DNA of 63,551 nucleotides, the filler included, from Globobulimina sp. (taxonomy: Eukaryota): the NCBI GenBank assembly GCA_003354225.1. It is 46 parts of 46 records of this genome, joined end to end, with 100 filler letters (N's around TTAATTAATTAA, not from the genome) between each part and the next. Parts side by side here need not be neighbours in the genome. Positions count along the whole stretch, not along the records: positions 35,997 to 37,279 come from PIVH01019455.1; positions 37,380 to 38,662 come from PIVH01019456.1; positions 38,763 to 40,045 come from PIVH01019457.1; positions 40,146 to 41,428 come from PIVH01019458.1; positions 41,529 to 42,811 come from PIVH01019459.1; positions 42,912 to 44,194 come from PIVH01019460.1; positions 44,295 to 45,577 come from PIVH01019461.1; positions 45,678 to 46,960 come from PIVH01019462.1; 38 more parts are not named here. One strand, given 5' to 3'. Positions 36,666-48,949 of this stretch are shown piece by piece (within the stretch, counting starts at the first letter, position 1; every line of letters begins with the position of its first letter). The position numbers and the translations under genes are program-made. Under the pieces are notes generated by a model. It saw only the letters and a program-made list of their open reading frames with translations, was not told the origin of the DNA and did no database searches.

Positions 36666-37279
36666 AAAAACTTGTTCTATTTGTTTTGGGGATGGACTCG
36701 ACGATGACGATGACGAACTCGTGAAAATTATTCACGAAAATGAGACGGTGGATGATGGAGGGCATTATTATCATAAAACGTGTTTAGAACGCTATCATAG
36801 TTATAATACGGGAAAACGTTTTATATGCCCGCTTTGCAAACGACTAATTGTTAACACCCATCCGCAAATTGAATCGCTCGCACACATTGATGGCGAACAA
36901 ACGCGCTCATATCAGCACAATGAGAAAATTGCCGAAATGATGATTTTCGCATTTCAATCGTTTTCCCGCGTCAAAAGTATATCACAAATAAATATTTTCT
37001 TGCGCCAGCTATTTAACACACGCGATTATGAAGAGTTGGTAATACTCGACACATTTGAACATCTCATTCCAACTATGTCGTTCATATTTAATAAATATAT
37101 AACTCATCCAGACAATGTTCTAATATTCATTGCGTATGCGAAAATTGATTTTGAGCGAAAAATAAAACTATTCAATATTCTCAAAAAGTTCGGCCATCAT
37201 TTCACAAATAAAACAAATGGTAAAAGTACATTATTCTCACTCATTCAAAACATATCACATGCCACAGATTTGTCAGATA
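36649..37279 (+). CDS. RING-H2 finger protein (partial)
   Basis: CSICF...HYYHKTCL...CPLCK; overlaps the upstream gene by 17 nt. Confidence 0.7.
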
Positions 37280-37379
37280 NNNNNNNNNNNNNNNNNNNNN
37301 NNNNNNNNNNNNNNNNNNNNNNNTTAATTAATTAANNNNNNNNNNNNNNNNNNNNNNNNNNNNNNNNNNNNNNNNNNNN

Positions 37380-38662
37380 CAAACCACCAACAATAATAAT
37401 ACGTTTGTATACAATGTATATCCAGATATTGAAAATAATGTAATACGTAATAGTTCAAATCATGCGATATTTGCAGGTTCCACAATGTATGGTTTTAATA
37501 ATGGTGCAAATGAATTTGATTCACATTTTAAACGGCCACATGCTGTGATGCAAACCAATGAAAATGATATCTATTTAATTGTTGACACAGAGAACAATGT
37601 AGTCAGAAAATTAAATAAAACCTCCTCCACAGTAACCAGTTTTAGTGGTAGTGGAATGTATGGATATTTGGATGGTAATGCAAGTCAAGCAAAATATAGA
37701 CATCCTATTGATATTGTAAAAGATTCACAAAGTAATTATTATATTGCTGACTCATTAAATCATTGTATTCGTAAAATGTTTGGTAATAATGGCTCGGTCA
37801 TAACCTATGTTGGTATGCCCACAGAGTTAGGTTTTAAGGATGGTAATTATTTGAATGCATTATTTAATAAACCAATGTATCTCACCATTGATGGTGATGA
37901 TAATTTATATGTATCGGATACATTGAATCAACGCATCAGAAAAATTACACAAAATAGAGAGGTTTTGACCATTGCTGGCTCGGATAAAGGATACAAAAAT
38001 GGATTGTCACAACAGGCACAATTTTATCATCCAAAACAATTAAAATTTACAAATAATACATTAAATGTAATTGATTCTGGAAATGATATGGTTCGACAAA
38101 TTATTCAACGCCCACAAAAACCAGAATTGTTTTCCGTATCGCCAGATTTTGGTCCAATTGATGAGGGTGGCTCAATTATTGTATTTCATGGCGATTTTGG
38201 TTTAAATTATACCAATATTTATAGTAATTTTACCATATTTTGTGACTTTTATTATGCATTAATTGCACCAATCTCGTATAATACAACAAGCATAGAATGT
38301 ATTTTACCGTCCATTACAAATATAAATATAACCATGAATTCTATTCCAGTCCGTATTGTTTATCAACTAAAATATTATCAATATTCCAGTAATTATTTAC
38401 AATTGTTTATTTTTGATAATTTGGCAATTAATTTATTGTATGTATCGCCACCAACTGCAACCTTGGATGGTGATACCTTAATTTATGTCTTTGGGCAAGC
38501 ATTTATTAATACAAACTCAATATTTTGTAAGTTTGGTGCAGATATTATCAGAGCAAAATTTATAAATTCAAGCTTAATTTTATGCACTTCACCGGCTCGT
38601 CTCATTGAAGAAATTGTACCATTCGATCTTACATTTTTTCCACTCCATCAAAATCATTGGCT
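37380..38662 (+). CDS. NHL-repeat beta-propeller plus IPT/TIG domain surface protein (partial)
   Basis: A.F..P..I......YIAD..NH.IRK repeats; SVSPDFGP..GG and VSPPTA...GDT.I.V.G..F...CKFG. Confidence 0.85.
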
Positions 38663-38946
38663 NNNNNNNNNNNNNNNNNNNNNNNNNNNNNNNNNNNNNN
38701 NNNNNNTTAATTAATTAANNNNNNNNNNNNNNNNNNNNNNNNNNNNNNNNNNNNNNNNNNNNTACAAAAGACATAAATATGCAGATGTTAATTATGATCA
38801 TGATACTATACTATTCGCTAAATAACTTTACTGAAAGTTTTCGTAGCTGAGATGCAAAAATTGTTAATTGTACAATACACGGATAGTATAAAAATAATTA
38901 ATGTATAAATATAACAATGTAACACAAACATTGCATATGCTGTTAA

Positions 38947-40045
38947 CTATTGATCATTAACATTCTCATCCAATAGACTCGCAAACTCTTGCTTTCCATA
39001 TATACTCATTTTGACGTCTGCTTGTTCCGGTACTTCAAAATGACGTTTTCCAAACATAAATCCAGGCGTTTTGGGCGTATTATCGCTTGCATAGTCCTGA
39101 TCACTGCTATTCCCTGTCCCTGCTGACGAAAATGCAATTAATGCTAAATCCTCCTTAAAGCGCGAGCCACAAACTGTCCGTTTAGTAACTACAATTTTCC
39201 GATCATACAGTACCGGCGCATCATCCTCCTCCTCCTCCTCCTCCTCATCAGATTCACTAAATTGTATATCCTCCAAATCAATACTACCCGCTTCATGTAA
39301 TGAAGATAACTGTTCCGGTGGCTTAAGCTTAGCGTCGCCAAAACCAAATGAAGAATCATCATCTGCATTTTCATCATCTTCTTGCAAAGTGCCCATTGAT
39401 CTAAATTTAATTTGTTTTCGTTGGCGTTGCCGCGATGGTTTTTGTTTTCGTGGCGATTTCTGAATTTCAAACTCGATGTCTTCATTATTGGTGGCCATTT
39501 CTGCAAATACATCCAAAGCAACTCGAAAATCGTCATATTGGATCAATGAGTCGCCGCCGCTCATATAATGAAACGTGCCCATTCTATCAAATCTATTCCT
39601 GTATTCAACGGGTAGCTGGTTCTCGAACTCTTCAAATTCATTCTTGTTCATTCCGAATCTGGAGCCCTGACGCTCCACTCTCTCAAACACAGTGTGCAAC
39701 AAAGCCCTCTCGTGCTCGAATAACTGTTCTCGCCATTTCTTCTCCATTGCACCTGCTTTTTGTATTACTTCTGTAATTTCTGCAATTGACTCTTTGCCCA
39801 ACGCCCCCATATTGTTCTGGATTTGGTTGAATTGATCTAAGTTTTGACGATTACGCTCATTTGAAATCAATAAACGGTTATGCGTATCGCGTAAATTATC
39901 ATTGGCTGCTTCTATGCGATCCACTTCTTTTGATAATAAGTTACTTTCTCTTCCAAATTTTATGTTTAATTTACTGAAAGTATCGACTTGTTGTTTTAGA
40001 CCTAACAATGTATAGAAATGTTTTAATCCATAAAAAGCTATCGAT
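38947..40045 (-). CDS. Coiled-coil and degenerate EF-hand protein (partial)
   Basis: Heptad region, GMNKNEFEEF, MSGGDSLIQYDDF, acidic tail. Confidence 0.5.
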
Positions 40046-40287
40046 NNNNNNNNNNNNNNNNNNNNNNNNNNNNNNNNNNNNNNNNNNNNTTAATTAATTA
40101 ANNNNNNNNNNNNNNNNNNNNNNNNNNNNNNNNNNNNNNNNNNNNATTGCAATTCCTACTCCTCTAAAGTCTATGGATCGATAAACTGTACTTGGCTATG
40201 TCCTATCTTGTGTACAGAGCCATCATCTTCCATGGTCAATAGTGCTAAATGTTTGAAGAAAAACGGGTTTTTTTAATTTAATTTAAC

Positions 40288-41428
40288 ATGGGAGCAAATG
40301 AAAAAAGCGCAAGGTGGAGATCAATGGATGACCCGCATAATATATCATTCAGAATTTGTACAGCATCAGCACGAACGCATTGTGCACACTGTAACAAACC
40401 AATTTTTGTAGGTCACGTTCGTAATAGAAAACGAAAAGCCACCAAAGGCTATATAGTACCCTCCAAACTAAAATATAAATTATTCTCTCGTTTTGATGAT
40501 CATCGCATCATAATAACTCCCACCCAGCGTTTCTGTAAACCATGTTACCAAATCCCAAATGTTGCTGACTTTGTGTTTGACGATACAAACAGTGTTTTAA
40601 TATCCAAATCGATCCCCAAACATTATAATTTTTATCCTAAACTATCTCCCAAATCGCGGCGCAGCCAAGCAGTCCTATGGTTCAATAAATTATCAGATAA
40701 ACAGTTTAGACAATCATGTGGTTTAACCCGTGCTAATATGGATATAATACTTGAAACAGTGAATAAAAATACGCGTGTTACATTAAATAAAAAAGATTTG
40801 CTGATTGCATGCAACATTTGGTTTCAAAATCTTCCATATAGATATGCTGCAATTATATTTGGCTATAAGTCCGGTGGTAGTATTTCCAAAGTAGTTGACA
40901 GAGTAATAGAGATATTAAAAACATATTGGGTACCTTTATATATTGGCAAAGCTGCATGGGATTTATCAAAAGTATCTGATAACACACCGGACTTTGTAAA
41001 TAAATTGTTTCCAGGCCAAAATGTCATTGGCTGCACGGATGTTACCTATTTAAATATAGAACATTCCAGAAACAATTTTCAATATCAAAAAGGCACATAT
41101 TGCGGATATAAACATAGCAACCTACTGAAAGAGAGTGTGCTTTGCACCGCCAATGGCAAAATTATTTTAATTGATGGTCCATATTTATCAGATGGCCGAA
41201 ATACCGATGATAAAATATGGGATGATTATATTATGGATAATAACTCCGAAATCCATGAAATATTTGAAACTACTGATTGTGGGTCGGATAACCCAATCCC
41301 ATATACAATTGCTGCAGACTGCGGTTATAAACATTGCTGCCAAAGCCCGGATTTCTTTAAATTAATAATGCCGAGTGGCGTTAAGATAAAACAGAAGACA
41401 AAACAGAAAAAAAAAGAGATCGAAAAAA
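40288..41428 (+). mobile_element. PIF/Harbinger-family DDE transposase (3' truncated)
   Basis: F.QSCGLTR HTH_Tnp_4-like region, IGCTDVTYL, QKGTY.GYKH.N..K, GRNTD, AADCGY. Confidence 0.88.
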
Positions 41429-41813
41429 NNNNNNNNNNNNNNNNNNNNNNNNNNNNNNNNNNNNNNNNNNNNTTAATTAATTAANNNNNNNNNNNNNNNN
41501 NNNNNNNNNNNNNNNNNNNNNNNNNNNNAAAAATGTCACTCGATCAGGGAAAAAACATTTACGCTCAAAACTCCTTAACGCTCAATCACCGCACTCGAAA
41601 TCATGTGAGCTCAGCTGAATCTGACTATAGTTCAGAGCCAGATAAACGCCGGATATCTGTTTGGGAGGTACTACCAGTGAGATCTTTCAAAAATTGTGAT
41701 TGAAACATATTTTATTTAAATATTTTAAACGTATGCCATCACCCAATAAAATGAGTTGCGGATTGGCGGATTTCAAAGTCAATGTCCATCCCTGGAATAT
41801 TACTGATAACATT

Positions 41814-42811
41814 TTATGTTCCTCTTAATCTCATTACCAAATGTATGGTACTTTCCCTTTCAATTTTGTAATCACCCAAACATCTCCGATCTTCCAATTG
41901 CCAGCCAGCATATACTAATCGTTGAAGTTCAGACGGAACACCTTCTATCTTTTCAATTTCTTTTTTTAGAGACAGGACTGAACCATATTGCATTACAGAA
42001 ATTGTTATGGTTGCTCCAGTTAACGTTTTTACGAATATCTGAATTTCGTCATCTGCATTATTAACCAAATTTAATTGTGCTCGAAATTTACCTGACAAAA
42101 AAAGTCTTTTTTTGTTTAATTCCTCAACATTAATATTATTGGTCTCAATAACTTGTATTAAAGCATTATTATCAATTATATTCACATAATCATTATATTT
42201 TAATATTAATCCATTACATTTCAATACAATTATTCTAATATCCAAATTTAATAAATTTGCTATCTTTTGATAAATTGTATAACATATATCCAATGAAGAA
42301 AGCGTGACTTGATTTTCATATTTAATATTATTATGAATAAAATTAATATCAAATGCAAAACAAGGAACCAGGACCAACAAATCATTTGTTTTAATATGTT
42401 CATACATTAAATAAGATTCATTTTTGTATGGTTCCAACATATTTCCCACAGTACATTCCATTATTTTCCCCACAGTGTTATCCATTTTATTCATATCTGA
42501 CTTGATTTTATAAAGAAATATTTCATGAAAGCCTTCATATTTCCCAACAAAGCCTACCAATTCGTCAATAATTTCATTGGCAACATCTAACTGAAAGTTT
42601 TTATTTATGACACTGCGAATAAGTGATGAAAATCTATAACTTAATGTATTGCGAAATGATTTTTTTAATTGACCAACATTCCAAGATTTACATATTGAAT
42701 ATTTTATTGTTTGTGGATTCCAATATGCACAGCAAATATTGACAAAGCGATTTGAATTTGGTAGCATATAAAGAAATGTTTCTGGTAATATTTGTTGTTT
42801 AAATAATGAAT
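41814..42811 (-). CDS. Protein with C-terminal ubiquitin-like domain ending LRGT
   Basis: [10 protein letters not shown]...[34 protein letters not shown]. Confidence 0.85.
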
Positions 42812-42911
42812 NNNNNNNNNNNNNNNNNNNNNNNNNNNNNNNNNNNNNNNNNNNNTTAATTAATTAANNNNNNNNNNNNNNNNNNNNNNNNNNNNNNNNN
42901 NNNNNNNNNNN

Positions 42912-44194
42912 AATGAGACATTAATGTCGCTATTATTTGATTATATTGTTACAGGTCCGGCGCGTATTGGCATTAAAACTGCGTTGATGGTGTCACAAAT
43001 TATTGACATATATCCAAGAAAAAATCCATTCCAAAACTTAAAGAAACACTTATTCGAAACCGCAAAACTTTGTAATGATTTATGTTCAGATAAGTACAAA
43101 AAGGCCAATATTAAGAATGAGGTAATTGACGATGGAGATGAGGAGGAGACAGAATTATGTATTACAGTGAAACATGTTGGTGTCATTGCCAATGTATTAC
43201 AGGATATGCATCAAAATAGTGAGATAGCGACGGATTTAATTATTTGTTTGACCCAATTGATGTTATCAATAACCTGTAACTACCATCACCAATATGCGAT
43301 TGACTTAAATTCAATGAGTTGGTTCAAATCTGTTTGCCAAACCCATAGCGCATTAAAATGGTTTTCTATCCAACAAAAACAAGATAGAAATAGTGAGACA
43401 TTACAATTTTTATCACCTCATTTTTATTCAAAGTTATATGAAACTATTTCTTCCTGGGATCAAATCCGAGAAATGCAAGAAAAGAGCGCAACCAAACAAG
43501 AAATACCAACACGGAATATAGGTTTTATCAATGTTCTACAAAATAATATTAAGCGATGTTCAGATTTATTGCATACATTTCGAACATTATTGACATTGCC
43601 TATGGATGTGTTATGTACACAAAATACATTAATTCAATTCAAGAAAAACTTAGTGACGTTTTGTGATATTTCCGTTGCATTGGCAGTGGATAATTTACCA
43701 GAAATTGAGGATATTATCCATGTTCAAAGGAAAATAGTAATCAGTAAGACCAAAGAAGCAGATCCAGACTGGCTCATTTTGCAGCAAATCAAACTGATTT
43801 GTAATAAATTAGCCACCGCATTCAATTTATTATATTATAAAATGTTCGCAGATACCACCAATATCATCGACAAAAGCATTCAATGTTTAGGACCGTCGTT
43901 TGATGAAATCATTACTCGATTGGTTGAGAAATCCATCGAGGAATTCCAAATAACAGACATTATTTCTCAGCAATATACGTGTATTCGCACAGCAGATATA
44001 AATATTGACGAGACCGACATAGATAACTTAGCTTTAAATGCCAGACAACAAAGTATTTATTTGTTAAATCAATTAATTTTAAAGAATATCTCCTATTTTG
44101 ATATCACAAACAATATCAAATCGACATCAATATTATGTTTGAATAAACACTTGATTTTGGGCAACCGCGTGGCGTGTCATATATTACAAACAGC
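42912..44194 (+). CDS. Large helical hypothetical protein (internal fragment)
   Basis: Open frame across the contig; no motif recognised. Confidence 0.55.
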
Positions 44195-44294
44195 NNNNNN
44201 NNNNNNNNNNNNNNNNNNNNNNNNNNNNNNNNNNNNNNTTAATTAATTAANNNNNNNNNNNNNNNNNNNNNNNNNNNNNNNNNNNNNNNNNNNN

Positions 44295-45238
44295 TATTTT
44301 TTTATTTACATATTTTATGTTTAACGCATCCAATCTCTCTCCAATGTGTGGTATGTCGTCGTATGCATCATCGCCATCTGCCCCATCTGCGTCAGAATCA
44401 GTATCCGAATCAGAATCAGGATCCGTAGCAAACTCACTGCCATCACTGGAGTTGGAGTCGTCATCGCTGTCATCATCATCATCCACTGCACATTTAACCA
44501 CTTTTTTGGGGATTATCATCAGCTCAATCTGTAATTAACAAAATCACATTAAAGAGATACTATATTTATAAGTAATACAAACTAATCAAAATTATATGTT
44601 ATCTACGTAGTAACGTATAGAAAAAAGTATATTTTTACCTGAAATGGAGGCGGAATACAGATATCATTGAATAAAATATTGATAAAATCCGTGGTTTGAA
44701 TGATAATCTCAGTGAATAAATCCAATGAATCGTCGTATTTTTCAGAGACAGGTAATGTTAACAGCGTTGAGTACCGGGTAAAAAAAGTCATCATGGCAGA
44801 TTCTAATATTTGTTGAATTGCTTGATTTTTGGGTGATATTTTCTTAATTGTTTTATAATTGTTTCTCCAGTCTGATATTGAGAGTGCTTGCTGTGTCTTA
44901 TAGTAATAATCCAAGCGGTCTCTAATGAATGAATCAATGAGTAATGTTAATAGCGACAATCTATTTTTACGGCCAAATGCCAATGCCCGCCATAAGTCGC
45001 CTTGGCGGCCAGAATGATGGAAGCCTTTACATTGTTTGGAGTATATTTGCTTTGTTTTATTTATTTGCGATTGGCTTATATTAAAATCTAACATTGATAA
45101 AATAAATGGGATGTGGTAAAAGAAGAATAATGTCTCAGTGACGACAGTAAATTGTTTCGTGTCTAACTGTCTGCATTTGTTTCGACAATAACCAGATAAT
45201 AGCAATGTATCTCTAACACGTCTAGTTGAATTCGACAT
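44295..45238 (-). CDS. Hypothetical protein with LLLSGYCR N-terminal motif and acidic exon (partial)
   Basis: Two ORFs joined by a GT-AG intron at ~44522-44638. Confidence 0.55.
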
Positions 45239-45677
45239 GGCTCGCTAAGCTATATATGCAAAAATGTTTAGTGAATATAAATGTGTATCTCCTTGCAAAA
45301 AAAGACCATGTCGTCATCAGGATTGGGTGTAACGGTTGAATTGGGACCATGTCGTGTTGTACGCGATGACAAAGGCAAATTCACAGTTAATTTCGACCTT
45401 GAAAACAGCAACAATATAAAAAACTAATTTATATCACATTCACATTGTAAACCAAGACATACACATTAAATTTTCGTATCGCAGAAGAAACTCATTCATT
45501 CACCTCTCGATATGCAAAACTATACAAATTCCATGAATCGCTATTGAAAAATGAAGAGTTCCAACAATCATTTGCTTNNNNNNNNNNNNNNNNNNNNNNN
45601 NNNNNNNNNNNNNNNNNNNNNTTAATTAATTAANNNNNNNNNNNNNNNNNNNNNNNNNNNNNNNNNNNNNNNNNNNN

Positions 45678-46004
45678 AATTTATTTTGTTTGGCTACCAT
45701 TGGCAGTGCCATTGTCATTATTGAGTTGGCAGTGGCTAAAAACTATCAAAGTGGCTATAACTTTCGTCCACAGATTTATTTCTGTCTATCCACTGTCGAT
45801 GCAGTGGTCAATTTGTTATGCGTGTATCTTCAGTATCAATTCAATGCGAAATACTGTCAATGTGGAGAAGGATGTTGGAAGAAATTCTTTGTCAAACTAG
45901 CCAAGCAAAATATGCATAGGAGCAGACAAGAGCGAATTAATCAGCTCAAGCCTCTCAAACTGAAGAGCACTGAGGACACGGATGAGGGAAATGAGTCAAC
46001 GTAA
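45678..46004 (+). CDS. Multi-TM receptor-like protein C-terminus
   Basis: TVDAVVNLLCVYLQYQF...Y..C last-helix pattern. Confidence 0.45.
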   Translation, partial: NLFCLATIGSAIVIIELAVAKNYQSGYNFRPQIYFCLSTVDAVVNLLCVYLQYQFNAKYCQCGEGCWKKFFVKLAKQNMHRSRQERINQLKPLKLKSTEDTDEGNEST

Positions 46005-46164
46005 ATGTGTTTGTCGCGCACAGTTGTGCAGTTTTGGCGTTTGTTGAGCATTTTATTAATTTTCAACTAATTTTTTTTTCACCGTGTTACACCGAGTAGT
46101 TGAGACGGAAGAATTATATGTAGACAATATATAATATGCTTGTCGTTTTGAGCAAGTCATGGCA

Positions 46165-46908
46165 TTACTTTGGAGGAATAATTGCATCAATTTGAGGATA
46201 CTGTTTGTAAGCTCCAGATATCTCATCGCGTTTCGGAGAGATCTGTCCATAGCCTCCAATCATGGCTAAATGTTTTGGAATTGTCGGGTCGTCCTCCAAA
46301 TCAATCATAAGTCCATGTTTCTCGTACAATAATTTCTTATTTTTCACCCACCGCGAATACATTTGTAACCGTCTTTTTTTAGCATTTTCAATGTCCTGTT
46401 CATCCCATAACCATTTTATATTTGTGACCGGTGCCAAGGCGTCAAAGTATGCCCTCTGGAAAGGCCGACAAAAGCGATAAGCTTCGCCGCCTTCTTTGCA
46501 CATACATTGGTTTAATGTCTGCCGCAATGTTTCCACAAATCCCCAATAAATGGCATCTTCCAATTGTGCACGTTTTTGGATGGTGGATCGATACATAAAT
46601 TGATTGAATGTCAATGCTAAATGCTGTGCACGATCGGGTGTGATGACCCGTGCGGCCACAGGCATCTCGTCATCAGACACGCGATATTTCTCTAGGAAAT
46701 CTAAGAAAGTGTCATTGTCCATATCTGGCTCGCCGTATTCGTTTAATATCTCAAATCTGTCCCTCCAATTTTGCCGTTTTATTCTCCATTTTCTTTGTTC
46801 GTGTTGTAAATCAAATTGGGGGACTGTTTGTGACGGCCATTTGCATTGTTTTTGTTTGATATATTTGCTGCATAAAAGCATAACATACCACCAAATACAT
46901 TCCACCAA
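46165..46908 (-). CDS. Hypothetical protein, possibly complex I NDUFB10-like
   Basis: LRQTLNQCMCKEGGEAYRFCRPFQRAY resembles the C-x3-EG-x6-C motif of NDUFB10. Confidence 0.35.
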   Translation of the reverse strand: MVECIWWYVMLLCSKYIKQKQCKWPSQTVPQFDLQHEQRKWRIKRQNWRDRFEILNEYGEPDMDNDTFLDFLEKYRVSDDEMPVAARVITPDRAQHLALTFNQFMYRSTIQKRAQLEDAIYWGFVETLRQTLNQCMCKEGGEAYRFCRPFQRAYFDALAPVTNIKWLWDEQDIENAKKRRLQMYSRWVKNKKLLYEKHGLMIDLEDDPTIPKHLAMIGGYGQISPKRDEISGAYKQYPQIDAIIPPK

Positions 46909-47060
46909 TGGCGTGGTTGGATTGGCATGCTTTAATCAAAAAAAAACTGCAAGAAAACCTNNNNNNNNNNNNNNNNNNNNNNNNNNNNNNNNNNNNNNNN
47001 NNNNTTAATTAATTAANNNNNNNNNNNNNNNNNNNNNNNNNNNNNNNNNNNNNNNNNNNN

Positions 47061-48343
47061 TTGATGGGCATTATACCAATATGGAAAGTTGGACTGTGTC
47101 AAATATTCATAAATTTAAAAATATTGACAAATTATCAATAAAATTATCAATTTTAGACAGTTTAGACTTATTTAATGTATTTCAGAAAGTTAAACATTTA
47201 ACATTTTATGGCGATCCTCGAGATGGATATCCTTATGTTCCAACTATGAAATTATTGCCATTATTACAAACAATTTCTTTCGTAGAATTCAATGATATGG
47301 AGTCTTTATTACATTTTCTGAGTCCGATTGAAACAGCTCATTTCAATAAAATTATTCATCAATTAACATCGATTGCGTTTGTTGACAGTGTTTGTCATTC
47401 ATTGGAAGATGACGGGTTTGATCCTGATGAAGATGCCGAACTATATGAAAAATACCAAAATATAGCAAATTTTATATTGGCATCGCAACCAAATCGTTTA
47501 CAAGTACTAAAATTTGAAAATTCATATTTTGGCAAAACTATTGATCCAAAGTGTATTGAATTTGTAAATATTGAAAGAATTCAAACCTCATTACCAAATT
47601 TAAAAGGATTTGTTTATGGCAAATATACTTCTTTTGAATATAACTCTGAATATAATGAAAATGACAATTTATTTTTTTCTTTAACAACACATATTTTATC
47701 AAATTTAATATTATTTAGTAAATTGGAGTCAATCCATACCCATTCATCGACAGATCAGTTAATAGCATTATATTTAAACAATAATAATATAAATGCATTA
47801 AAAAAAATATCTGAATTATGTATTTCCGTTGGATTACAATCAATGAATCAAAATACATCACCATTCAATACACGTTCATTCAACAGATTTGTACCAAATT
47901 TGGAGAAATTATGTTTAGTGATTAAAATATCAGATAATGATAAATCGCATTTGACAAATTTTGAAAAAGTAATTAAATCCATCTTACTTAATTTAGGAAA
48001 ATTGAACGTATTACAAATTGTAGCGATAATTGAAGATGAAGCTGGTATCGATCCATCATTTTGTATTAAAAAAATAAATGTTTTAACTGAGCTTTCAAAG
48101 GTATTGGTTAACGCATTCATTTGGATACGAAAAAGAAATGAAAAACAACCACTATTATTCAAATTTCATGTAAAATCATCACATTCGCAAAGGAATGCAA
48201 AATGTAAAACTAATAATGCGTCGAAATTAAGAGCATTCGTTGATAGCATTCAAAGTATGATAGTAAATTATTTGGTGACTTATCCGATTGGAAAATTACA
48301 ATTTAAATTAAGTTGGAATATATCGGAACATTTTTGGTTGGCA
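47061..48343 (+). CDS. LRR-like hypothetical protein, paralog A (internal fragment)
   Basis: Open frame; closely similar to 58124-59405. Confidence 0.65.
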
Positions 48344-48542
48344 NNNNNNNNNNNNNNNNNNNNNNNNNNNNNNNNNNNNNNNNNNNNTTAATTAATTAAN
48401 NNNNNNNNNNNNNNNNNNNNNNNNNNNNNNNNNNNNNNNNNNNCAGAGCTCTGCGTATAGTATCTCCAGAGTTCAATTTTGTTGTGATTTTGTCCACCTT
48501 AATATTAAACAAGTGTTAAAATTTAAAAAGAATCTGCAAACT

Positions 48543-48884
48543 TCAGATGAAGTTACACACTTTATATTGGCCCAAATTGGTACGTTTTTCATTGTTATTT
48601 GATTGTTGATGCCAAAAAAAAATACAGGTAGGTTTAGTACGAGACAAATCAATCTGTTTATCCTGATCAAAATGGGTTGCAATTCCAATGGCACCACAAC
48701 ATCTATGTCCAGTATTTTCATATTTGATAACCCATTCATGATAACCACGGTTAATAGCTTTGGTACCATATACATAACCATGAGCACCATCCAATGATTT
48801 AACAGTACCATCTGTTACCTTGTAAGATTTCGAATTATGCTTTCCAAATATCTCAGGGCATTTAGCTTCTGCTTGTTGTGCCAT
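48543..48884 (-). CDS. SPRY-like protein N-terminus
   Basis: YVYGTKAINRGYHEWVIKY...AIGIAT; the 3' part looks disrupted. Confidence 0.5.
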   Translation of the reverse strand: MAQQAEAKCPEIFGKHNSKSYKVTDGTVKSLDGAHGYVYGTKAINRGYHEWVIKYENTGHRCCGAIGIATHFDQDKQIDLSRTKPTCIFFWHQQSNNNEKRTNLGQYKVCNFI

Positions 48885-48949
48885 TATACGCAGTGGCTGT
48901 TTTTTCTACTTAGAAAATCAACTTGAGTGTAAGGTATCAAATATAAAGA

